Part shown: positions 29,312 through 37,298 of the stretch, piece after piece | Numbering within the stretch: position 1 is the stretch's first letter | Layout of the letters: the number at the start of each line of letters is the position of its first letter | NCBI GenBank assembly: GCA_017405375.1 | Contig: JAFRAO010000043.1 | Coordinates: forward strand, 111 to 64,110 | DNA: 64,000 nt | From: a bacterium | GTDB taxonomy: Bacteria; Cyanobacteriota; Vampirovibrionia; Gastranaerophilales; Gastranaerophilaceae | Reading direction: 5' to 3' | Program-made: the position numbers and the translations under genes | The notes under the pieces: model-generated | The model's database searches: none | What the model saw: the letters and a program-made list of their open reading frames with translations, nothing else | What the model was told of the DNA's origin: nothing

Positions 29312-29950
29312 CTAAATAATTAAAATAAATCCGCCGGATTCAGCATTTCTTAATTTTTCCCCTTCGATTTTTGCTCTCAAATTTTTAATATATTTGTAAA
29401 CATAATCACGAGGCAAACTAAGCAAACTCGCTAAATCTTTTGCATATACAATTTGATTTTTATGTTCTAAAAAGAAATCAAATACAAGTTGTTCTCTATC
29501 AGTCAAAGCTTTTTTGAACACTACTTGAGAGTTATTTAAAGCGCTTGAAATAATAGGAGTTTTATTTTCCTTTTTAGATTCAGCAACAATTTTTTTCTTA
29601 TCAGTTGCAGCTTTTTCTTTTTTGATTGCCGAATTATCATTTATTATATTTTTAGCAGTAATTTTTTCTGTTTTCTTTGAAGTTTTTTCAACTTCATTTG
29701 TTTTATTAATCTGACGTTCTTTTATAATTGCTTTTTCAGCTATTGATGTGATTTTTTCAGTTCTTGTTAATGACATATCAGAAACAGAAGTATAAGATTT
29801 GCCTCTTAAAACAATATCAACAAGGTCATTTGTCTTTTTTGTTTCTTCAATTTGTTTCCCTAATCTGGCTGCGAATTCTTCCAACGTTATTTTTTCTAAC
29901 GAGCTTCTCCATTGTTTTATTTCTTCTTTAGTTAAATATTCCACAATCAT
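29312..29950 (-). CDS. Lys-rich protein with a C-terminal LuxR/GerE-like HTH
   Basis: 212 aa. LTDREQLVFDFFLEHKNQIVYAKDLASLLSLPRDYVYKYIKNLRAKI. 3-nt gap to the downstream gene. Confidence 0.55.
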   Translation of the reverse strand: MIVEYLTKEEIKQWRSSLEKITLEEFAARLGKQIEETKKTNDLVDIVLRGKSYTSVSDMSLTRTEKITSIAEKAIIKERQINKTNEVEKTSKKTEKITAKNIINDNSAIKKEKAATDKKKIVAESKKENKTPIISSALNNSQVVFKKALTDREQLVFDFFLEHKNQIVYAKDLASLLSLPRDYVYKYIKNLRAKIEGEKLRNAESGGFILII

Positions 29951-30194
29951 ATCTCCTTACTCAATTTATATTGTGTAAAATCTTTTCTTCTTATAACTTA
30001 TCATAAAAAATTCCGATAGAATCAAAATATTTAGTAAAGTAAATTTTTATTATATTAATTTTACATTTGTTAAAAAAATATATCTTTTTAAAAATTACGT
30101 ATTAGACTATGTAGTATTTTAATAATTGCAGAGATTATACAAGTATGTAGTCTAAAAGAGAACAATATGGATAATTTCTATATGTATCAATGTG

Positions 30195-30234
30195 TGTACA
30201 AGGGGTGTACAAAGTATGTACAATGTGTTATAAT
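30195..30234 (+). promoter_or_regulatory. Three phased TGTACA palindromes overlapping an extended -10 promoter (candidate TA operator)
   Basis: TGTACA at 30195, 30206 and 30217, an 11-bp phase. TGtTATAAT at 30226-30234. The ATG at 30241 is only 7 nt downstream of the -10. Confidence 0.5.
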
Positions 30235-30240
30235 GATATT

Positions 30241-30528
30241 ATGAAATGCAAGTATCTTGTCAAAAAAGTCGGGAAATACACATTTAAGTTTAAACTGGAC
30301 TTAAATCAGATAAATAACCAATATGAACCGCATATATGGCATAGACATTTAATAACACCCGATGATGCTATTCGAGCATTCCTTACCATAAGCGAAGAAG
30401 AATATAACGAAAAATATCAAAGATATGAGGCATATTCAGCTGATTATGATATTACATTGTATTATATGAAACTAAAAGAAAAAGATTCTTATGTGTTTAT
30501 AATAACCGCTTTTTCAGATTGGAGATAA
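30241..30528 (+). CDS. BrnT-like (DUF497-type) toxin candidate
   Basis: 95 aa from ATG 30241. PHIWHRHLITPDDAIRAF resembles the (K/R)H-G-(I/V)-x-x-x-(D/E) core of BrnT. Paired with a BrnA-like gene. The start is uncertain and could be leaderless. Confidence 0.5.
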   Translation: MKCKYLVKKVGKYTFKFKLDLNQINNQYEPHIWHRHLITPDDAIRAFLTISEEEYNEKYQRYEAYSADYDITLYYMKLKEKDSYVFIITAFSDWR

Positions 30529-30530
30529 CT

Positions 30531-30836
30531 ATGAAAGAAAAATTCAGCAAAGAACAAATTGAAGAAATGCTTGCAAATTCAACAGAAGAAATTATTGAAG
30601 ATAATTGTGATGTTGTCGATGAATTTGGCAATACTCATAATGTTGATACAATTATCAATCAAGCTGAGAATGATGTAAAGAAAAAATATCCTAAAGTTAA
30701 TTTTAGATGGTCTGAATTTGAAATAGCAAGAGCAAAGAAAATTGCGAAAGAATTAGGTTTACCTTATCAAACATATATTAAATCTTTATTGAAACAAGGG
30801 ATGGATAAAGATGAAAAACGTTTAAAACAAATGTAA
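30531..30836 (+). CDS. BrnA-like (COG3514-type, RHH C-terminus) antitoxin candidate
   Basis: GGAG lies 6 nt before ATG 30531. The C-terminal ARAKKIAKELGLPYQTYIKSLLKQ matches the characteristic (G)(I/L)PYQT(L/Y)I motif. Confidence 0.55.
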   Translation: MKEKFSKEQIEEMLANSTEEIIEDNCDVVDEFGNTHNVDTIINQAENDVKKKYPKVNFRWSEFEIARAKKIAKELGLPYQTYIKSLLKQGMDKDEKRLKQM

Positions 30837-30852
30837 GGTTTTTGCCGAACTT

Positions 30853-31182
30853 TTATTTATACCATGGTTTGAAATTCTTAATATCATTGAATATTTTTTT
30901 GTAATCACCATTGAAATTGATACATCTGTCATCTATATACAAAAAGCATAAACCTTTTTCACTTGTTACATCTGTTATATATCTATCCAAATCATTATCA
31001 ATAAGCCATTTTGATGCCAAAAGTTTATTTCTTGTCGTATAAAGGTTTATTGTAAAATTATCAGAAAGTTTTTGCAAAAATTCTCTTGCACCTTCTTTAA
31101 TATCAGGAATATAATTCACATCAAATTCGCCGTTATAGTTGTTTAACACTCCATCAAGGTCAACATAAATAGTCTTTTTCAT
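30853..31182 (-). CDS. Small HAD-superfamily phosphatase/nucleotidase-like protein
   Basis: 109 aa. Motif I VDLDGVLNN, LYTTR, IDDR. Confidence 0.6.
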   Translation of the reverse strand: MKKTIYVDLDGVLNNYNGEFDVNYIPDIKEGAREFLQKLSDNFTINLYTTRNKLLASKWLIDNDLDRYITDVTSEKGLCFLYIDDRCINFNGDYKKIFNDIKNFKPWYK

Positions 31183-31261
31183 ATATTACCTACATTATTA
31201 TCTATATAATAGCATAGGTTGTTTATTCATGCAATATGTATCACAATATTGTTAGATAATT

Positions 31262-31456
31262 ATGAATAAAACAGAAAAAATCTCAGAATTAAAAACAAAC
31301 AAAACACATAAAGTCGCATTTATGTTTAATGATGAATTGTGGCAATTATTTAAAGTTACTTGCCAAAACAACAATACAAAACCTACATGGGAAATCGAAA
31401 AATGGATTTTAAGTTATTTAGATAAAAATAATGTATTAGATGATGATGAAAAATAA
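31262..31456 (+). CDS. Small hypothetical protein, possible ribbon-helix-helix fold
   Basis: 64 aa. A strand-like KVAFMFN is followed by two short helices. Followed by a terminator. Confidence 0.4.
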   Translation: MNKTEKISELKTNKTHKVAFMFNDELWQLFKVTCQNNNTKPTWEIEKWILSYLDKNNVLDDDEK

Positions 31457-31487
31457 CATTTTAAAGTTTATTGGAAATAGTTTGTTC

Positions 31488-31523
31488 AAAAAAATCCCTA
31501 CATACCTTATATAGGGATTTTTT
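31488..31523 (+). terminator. Rho-independent terminator
   Basis: ATCCCTA-cataccttata-TAGGGAT followed by TTTTT. Confidence 0.75.
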
Positions 31524-31592
31524 GAGTTATTTATAATAATTACAGTTACTTTATGGGGTTGAAATAAAAAAGAAATGAGTTATAATATATAA

Positions 31593-31698
31593 TAAGGGAG
31601 CCGATTAAGCTCTGCAAAGCCTAATCAGCTTGTAGCCCCCTACAAAAAGAACGAAATAACTTGTAAAAGATGTCCTACTACGAATAGGACATCTTTTA
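31593..31698 (+). ncRNA. Candidate stand-alone small RNA (about 105 nt) with its own promoter and terminator
   Basis: Promoter: TTGAAA 31559-31564, 16-nt spacer, TATAAT 31581-31586. Hairpin 1: GATTAAGCT/AGCCTAATC (31603-31626). Hairpin 2: TTGTAG-CCCC-CTACAA (31630-31645). Terminator: AAGATGTCCT/AGGACATCTT plus U run (31667-31698). No ORF. Confidence 0.45.
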
Positions 31699-31795
31699 TT
31701 ATTGTTGTTTTTCTCATTTTATCACCTCATTTGCACTCTTATATGTAACTTATAGTGTTAGTGTGTCTTGAGGTTGGGCTTATCCTTATAATAGT

Positions 31796-32551
31796 TTAAT
31801 ATGTTCCTTCGATTTTTTCCATTACTTCATCAGGAATATCAACGTTTGAATATACATTTTGAACGTCGTCATGTTCTTCAAGTTTATCAATCAAACGCAT
31901 AATTGATGTTGCTGTTTTTTCATCAGTAATTTCGATTGTGTTTTCAGGAAGTCTTGTGAATTCAGCAGTTGTATGTTCAAAACCTGCGTTTTCCAAACCT
32001 TCTGAAACTGTTTGTAAATCCGAAACCGCAGTCAAAATTTTGTATTCATCCTCTTCTTCCAAAAAGTCTTCTGCTCCTAAATTAATAGCTTCTTCCACCA
32101 ATTTGTCATAATCAACAGAAGCAGGGAATGAAATCATACCGTATTGTTTAAACATCCAACCCACACAGCCTGTTTCACCAAGATTTCCATTGAATTTTGT
32201 AAAGTAACTTCTAATATCACCTGCCGTACGGTTTCTGTTATCAGTCATTGCTTCAACAACAATAGCAACACCGCCTGCACCATATCCTTCGTAAGTTAGT
32301 TCTTCATAGTTTTCAGCAGCGCCTGCTCCTGTGCCTTTGTCTATTGCTCTTTTAATATTATCATTCGGAAGCCCTGCAGCTTTGGCTTTTTCGACCGCAG
32401 TTCTAAGTCTGAAATTAGCTTTCAAATCACCACCGCCAAGACGTGATGCAACAATAATTTCTCTTGAAAACTTTTGAAATACAACTGCTCTTTGAGAGTC
32501 TACTTTAGCCTTTTTATGTTTTGTGGTTGCCCATTTTGAATGTCCGCTCAT
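31796..32551 (-). CDS. yebC: YebC/PmpR family transcriptional regulator
   Basis: 251 aa. MSGHSKWATTKHKKA N-terminus and collinear family pattern. Confidence 0.92.
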   Translation of the reverse strand: MSGHSKWATTKHKKAKVDSQRAVVFQKFSREIIVASRLGGGDLKANFRLRTAVEKAKAAGLPNDNIKRAIDKGTGAGAAENYEELTYEGYGAGGVAIVVEAMTDNRNRTAGDIRSYFTKFNGNLGETGCVGWMFKQYGMISFPASVDYDKLVEEAINLGAEDFLEEEDEYKILTAVSDLQTVSEGLENAGFEHTTAEFTRLPENTIEITDEKTATSIMRLIDKLEEHDDVQNVYSNVDIPDEVMEKIEGTY

Positions 32552-32689
32552 AGTTTTAATCCTTTTTTATTAACTAATATCTGTCAATATTATATCAAAA
32601 ATACTTAATTTAACAAAATATTAAATTCAGTATAAAACAGATTATTATGTGTTTGTTCTCTACGCTTTTACCAATTGTATATGTTACAT

Positions 32690-32897
32690 AATTCGGTGAC
32701 AAAAATTGTTGTTCAGGGCAACATACCCTTATTGTGACATGGTGAAAACGTAGAAAATACCATAAAGTGCCAATTCCGAACTTGTTTCGGAATCTATTCT
32801 ATGTTATAGATTCTGAACTAAGTTCAGGATAGACAAGTATTTAGGAATCCTGCGGAAAACCGGACATTTTTCTCAAAATCAAAGATTTTGGAAAAAA
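32690..32897. repeat. Hairpin-rich modular repeat element (copy C), mosaic of the modules seen at 18341-18719
   Basis: 24/24 identity between 32773-32796 and 18557-18580. 15/15 identity between 32821-32835 and 18476-18490. About 48 nt with 1 mismatch between 32849-32897 and 18596-18644. Confidence 0.8.
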
Positions 32898-32914
32898 ACA
32901 TTGTTTAAATATTT

Positions 32915-33202
32915 TTAATTAGATATAAATTTTATATTGCCTAAATTAAGCGGTTTTAGCATTTTTTCAACTTCTTTTGATTTCACAATCCAATTAATTG
33001 AACCTTGTGCAAATTTTAAAAAATGGTACGTCGATGCCATTGATATTATTTTTGAAGCGTCAAAAATGTTTAATGATGAAATATCAATAGTCATATTTTT
33101 AAATTTATTTTTTCTAATTGAAGTTTTTATTGAATTTAATATTTCATCAGTTGATTGAGGATTGTTTGTAATCTCATTTGTTTTTAATTCGGCTTTTAAC
33201 AT
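32915..33202 (-). CDS. Small hypothetical protein (weak STAS-like impression)
   Basis: 95-aa ORF with an RBS-like sequence upstream. No diagnostic motif. Confidence 0.45.
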   Translation of the reverse strand: MLKAELKTNEITNNPQSTDEILNSIKTSIRKNKFKNMTIDISSLNIFDASKIISMASTYHFLKFAQGSINWIVKSKEVEKMLKPLNLGNIKFISN

Positions 33203-33325
33203 AAATTTATTCTCTTACTCATTAATACAAATAGTGTTTCGGCTAAAAAATTAAAGAAATTTGAAGTTTCGTATCAATTTACAACTTTTGTATGAAATTA
33301 TTGTATAATATAAAAAGAGGTAAAA

Positions 33326-34300
33326 ATGAAAACAATAGATTTAACAACAACTGCAAAAAATGTTTTAAACATTGAGGCAGAAGCGATATTGAGGACGAAG
33401 AAAAATTTAAATGAAACAGAATTCTCAAAGGCCATAGATGCAATTTATAATTGTAAGGGGCGTGTAATTGTTACAGGCATGGGAAAATCAGGACATATTG
33501 GCAAAAAAATTGCTGCTACATTTTCATCAACAGGGACACCATCATATTTTTTACATCCGGCAGAAAGTACTCATGGTGATTCAGGAATTATTACAAAAGA
33601 AGATGTTATTATCGCAATATCCAATAGCGGCGAATCTCAAGAATTGTTAAATTTATTACCTCTGTTAAAAAGATTCGGATTAACAATTATCGGAATGACG
33701 AGTAATCCTAATTCCACTTTAGGACAAGCCTCAGATATTTTTATTGATATATCGGTAGAAAAAGAAGCATGCCCGTTAGGAAAAGCTCCGACTGCATCAA
33801 CTACGGTTACACTTGCTGTGGGTGATGCGTTAGCTATGTGTTTATTGGAAAAACGCGGATTTACGCAAGAAGATTTCTTAATTTTCCACCCGTCAGGTGC
33901 ATTGGGTAAAGGATTTACTTACAAAGTACAAGATTTAATGAAAACAGATAATTTGCCTGTTGCAAAAGAAAACGATTTATTTGTTGATGTAATTGAAGTT
34001 ATTTCTCAATTTAAACTCGGTATTGCATTGATTGTGAACGAACAAGGTTTACTAACAGGTATTTTAACAGATGGAGATATAAGACGAAATCTTATAAAAC
34101 ACAAAACCGGTGTTTCAAATTTAAAAGTATATGATGCGATGACAAAATCACCGAAAACAGTTAATGCGGATTCTTATGCAGCCGGAGCGTTGCATTTGAT
34201 GGAAAAATATTCTATTACAGCATTACCTATTATTGATGAAAATGGTTCGCCATGTGGTGTTGTGCATATTCACGATTTGTTAAAGGCAGGAGTGGTATAA
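33326..34300 (+). CDS. kdsD: Arabinose-5-phosphate isomerase (KdsD/KpsF; SIS domain plus two CBS domains)
   Basis: VTGMGKSGHIGKKIAATFSSTGTPS SIS motif and a CBS pair at the C-terminus. Confidence 0.9.
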   Translation: MKTIDLTTTAKNVLNIEAEAILRTKKNLNETEFSKAIDAIYNCKGRVIVTGMGKSGHIGKKIAATFSSTGTPSYFLHPAESTHGDSGIITKEDVIIAISNSGESQELLNLLPLLKRFGLTIIGMTSNPNSTLGQASDIFIDISVEKEACPLGKAPTASTTVTLAVGDALAMCLLEKRGFTQEDFLIFHPSGALGKGFTYKVQDLMKTDNLPVAKENDLFVDVIEVISQFKLGIALIVNEQGLLTGILTDGDIRRNLIKHKTGVSNLKVYDAMTKSPKTVNADSYAAGALHLMEKYSITALPIIDENGSPCGVVHIHDLLKAGVV

Positions 34301-34830
34301 TGAATAACTCAACAATAGAAAAAGCAAGAAAAATTAAAATGTTAGTATTTGATGTTGACGGAGTTATGACAAATGGCGACGTTACGTACGATGAAAACGG
34401 TGTAGAGTACAAGACATTCAATGTAAAAGACGGGCATGGTTTGGTCAGAATGGCTCAATCAGGTTTTATTACCGCAATTATAACTGCAAGAAATAACGGT
34501 ACAGTGGAACATAGAGCGAAAAATCTTAATATAACGGAGTTGTACCAAGGACAAAAATATAAATTACCGGCTTTAGAAGAATTAATGAAAAAATATAATC
34601 TTGATTATAGCCAAGTATCTTATATGGGTGATGATTTGCCTGATTTGTGTATATTGGAAAAAGTCGGATTAAAATGCTGTCCGCAGGATGCAGTTGATGA
34701 AGTAAAAAATGTTTGCAATTTTATTTCGTCAAAAAATGGCGGGAAAGGTGCAGTAAGAGAATTGACGGATTTTATTCTTGATGCACAAGGAATAGAAAAA
34801 ATACAAATAGTATCAGAAAATAAAGAATAG
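34300..34830 (+). CDS. kdsC: Kdo-8-phosphate phosphatase (HAD family)
   Basis: LVFDVDGVMTNG and GDDLPD motifs. ATG 34300 overlaps the kdsD stop (TAATG). Confidence 0.88.
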   Translation: MNNSTIEKARKIKMLVFDVDGVMTNGDVTYDENGVEYKTFNVKDGHGLVRMAQSGFITAIITARNNGTVEHRAKNLNITELYQGQKYKLPALEELMKKYNLDYSQVSYMGDDLPDLCILEKVGLKCCPQDAVDEVKNVCNFISSKNGGKGAVRELTDFILDAQGIEKIQIVSENKE

Positions 34831-34841
34831 GAGAATTAAAT

Positions 34842-35207
34842 ATGTATGAAGTAAATGCACAAGTAGAATTTTCAGCCGCACACCACCTTTTAAAATATGA
34901 AGGCGGACAATGTGAACAACAGCACGGACACAACTGGACAGTAGAAGTTTCCGTTCGTGGAGATATTTTAGATAAAAGTAATATATTAGTTGATTTTAAG
35001 GCTCTAAAAAGAGATTTGAGATTGATTTTAGCTGATTTAGACCATCAAGATTTGAATGAATTACCTGATTTCAAAGGTGAAAGTCCAAGTAGTGAATTTA
35101 TTGCAAATTATATTTATTACAAAATGAAAGAAAAATATGTAGAATTGTATAAAGTTTCTGTTTGGGAAACAAGAGAATCATGTGCAACTTATTATGAGGA
35201 AGAATAA
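34842..35207 (+). CDS. queD: 6-carboxy-5,6,7,8-tetrahydropterin synthase
   Basis: 121 aa. FSAAHHL, CEQQHGHNW and the C-terminal WET..E pattern. Confidence 0.88.
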   Translation: MYEVNAQVEFSAAHHLLKYEGGQCEQQHGHNWTVEVSVRGDILDKSNILVDFKALKRDLRLILADLDHQDLNELPDFKGESPSSEFIANYIYYKMKEKYVELYKVSVWETRESCATYYEEE

Positions 35208-36064
35208 TGGGAACGCTTGAATTAATTATATTGGGAATAGTTCAAGGATTAAGCGAGTTTTTGCCTATATCAAGTTCTGCGCATATTGTGTTTGTTTCAA
35301 ATATATATCAAGCATTAACAGGTGCAGCTGTTGATATAGAGTCTTCACAGCAGGCTTTTGCAAGTATTATGCTGCATTTTGGAACTTTGGTTGCTATTTT
35401 GATTTATTTTAGAAAAGAATTAATCGATATTATCAAATCGTTTTGTATTGCTTTGTATAAAAAAAATTTTGATGATAAAAATGCAAGAATGGGTTTTTAT
35501 ATAATAATCGGAACGATTTTTACTGTTGCAATCGCATATCCGTTGAAAGATATAACTGAAAAATTATTGATATATCCTCAAATAGTAGCATTTTTATTAA
35601 TAATTACGGGATTTATGTTGTTTTTCAGTGAATTTAAATCAAAACATCTTATACAAACACACAATGAGCTAGATATAAAAAAGGCAATAATAATAGGTAT
35701 TGCACAAGGTTTGGCAGTATTTCCTGGATTTTCTCGTTCGGGTTGGACAATCGCTACGGGTTTATTTACAGGGTTAGACAGAGTAACAAGTACAAAATAT
35801 TCTTTTCTATTAGTTCTTCCGATTATTTTAGGAACATCTATTTTCTACCCTATTTTAGAGATAAAACCTGCAGAAATAGCTACATATAACTTGTTTGGAA
35901 TAGCTATTGGAACTTTAGTTTCAGCTATTGTCGGATATTTTTGTATAAAGTATTTCTTAAAATTTGTTGAAAGATTTTCTCTAAACTTTTTTGCAAATTA
36001 CTGCATAGTGATAGGATTAATTGTAATCAGCTTTTTTGCAGGAATACAAGTTGGTTTATCTTAA
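35207..36064 (+). CDS. uppP: Undecaprenyl-diphosphate phosphatase
   Basis: LGIVQGLSEFLPISSSAH signature and FPGFSRSG motif. Polytopic. Confidence 0.9.
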   Translation: MGTLELIILGIVQGLSEFLPISSSAHIVFVSNIYQALTGAAVDIESSQQAFASIMLHFGTLVAILIYFRKELIDIIKSFCIALYKKNFDDKNARMGFYIIIGTIFTVAIAYPLKDITEKLLIYPQIVAFLLIITGFMLFFSEFKSKHLIQTHNELDIKKAIIIGIAQGLAVFPGFSRSGWTIATGLFTGLDRVTSTKYSFLLVLPIILGTSIFYPILEIKPAEIATYNLFGIAIGTLVSAIVGYFCIKYFLKFVERFSLNFFANYCIVIGLIVISFFAGIQVGLS

Positions 36065-36186
36065 CTTGGCTATAGATTTGTAACTCAAAAAGAAGATGTT
36101 CTAAAAATAAGGGCACCTTCTTTTTTTGTGTGATATGTGTGGTTAGTAGGATAAATGCGTTTAATGTGTGAGAAATAACATTTTAA

Positions 36187-37059
36187 CTAAATCTTTTGAA
36201 AAATAAAAATATATTCGTGTTGAAAAATAGAGAATCCGCCTGCTAAAGCTCTATAGCGCCATAAATTTGCCGTTTTCCCTTTTGCTCTTTCATTGCCGTG
36301 AATATCTTTTACAATAATAGATTTTAGTTTGAATCCAATATTTTTCATTCTTTGCATACATTCAAATCCAAGAGGTTGAACTTCTGAATATTTATAACTA
36401 TCTCCTATGATAAGACCTGCAAAACGTCCTTTTTCCAATAAATTGTATCCGTTTTTTGCAACCTTCTCAAACAAATCATAAAATTGTTCAGTCGATTCAC
36501 AATTAGATAAATCTTCTTTTTTATCAGAGAATTTAATAATATCATCATAAGGCGGGTGCAAGATTAACAGTTGTGCTTTTTCTTCGCCCATAACATCTAA
36601 CCTTGCTTGAATCTTATCGACAATTTCATCACTTGCAGAATCTCCACAAATAATGTTTACATCAGTAACTAATTGTTTTTGGGTAAATTTTTGGCTTACA
36701 GAATCCACAAGTTCTTGTTTAAGTTCAACTCCGATACATCTTCTGTTTTCATTTATTGCTTCAATGCCGGAAGTGCCTGAACCAAAAAACATATCAAGTA
36801 CAATATCATTCTTTTTTGTATATCTTTGATATAGCTGTTGTGCTATCTGCGGAATATAATTTCCATGATATTCATTCGAATGGCCGCTATCTTTTAATCT
36901 TGTCGGGAATTGCCAAAATGTATCAGTTTTTATATCAGGATAATCTTTCCATTTCTTTAAATTAATATCATTATAAGCGGTTGTTTTAATCGGATTATCT
37001 TGTACAACACTTAAATTAGCGCGTTTTTCCTGTACTCTTTTTACATTAGCCTTTGCCAT
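36187..37059 (-). CDS. Orphan N4/N6-type DNA methyltransferase-like protein
   Basis: AdoMet motif VLDMFFGSGTSGIEA...CIGVE, preceded by FWQFPT. The catalytic-type motif is LILHPPYDDII (His in place of D/N/S). No adjacent endonuclease candidate. Confidence 0.65.
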   Translation of the reverse strand: MAKANVKRVQEKRANLSVVQDNPIKTTAYNDINLKKWKDYPDIKTDTFWQFPTRLKDSGHSNEYHGNYIPQIAQQLYQRYTKKNDIVLDMFFGSGTSGIEAINENRRCIGVELKQELVDSVSQKFTQKQLVTDVNIICGDSASDEIVDKIQARLDVMGEEKAQLLILHPPYDDIIKFSDKKEDLSNCESTEQFYDLFEKVAKNGYNLLEKGRFAGLIIGDSYKYSEVQPLGFECMQRMKNIGFKLKSIIVKDIHGNERAKGKTANLWRYRALAGGFSIFQHEYIFIFQKI

Positions 37060-37298
37060 CTTATTACTATCCTTCTCCCTTAATGTCTTAATGATAAATT
37101 ATTTTGTATAATATTAAATCAAATGAAAAGAGTATATTGAAAAATTATTCTACATAAAATAATGTATTAAATAATATTTGAATGAGAGTAATTTAACTGT
37201 TATGTAAAATCTTTTTAATATTTTTTATGAGAATAACAAAAATTTTCTTTAGAGTTTTTGTATTTATTACATCAAACAAGAAAGGATTTTGTAATTTT

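Noticed and set aside
31593-31698. preQ1-type riboswitch (CCCCCUACAAAAAGAAC resembles the preQ1-I tail)
   Set aside because: The P1 stem and loop are too small. There is no downstream gene on this strand. queD lies 3 kb away on a separate transcription unit.
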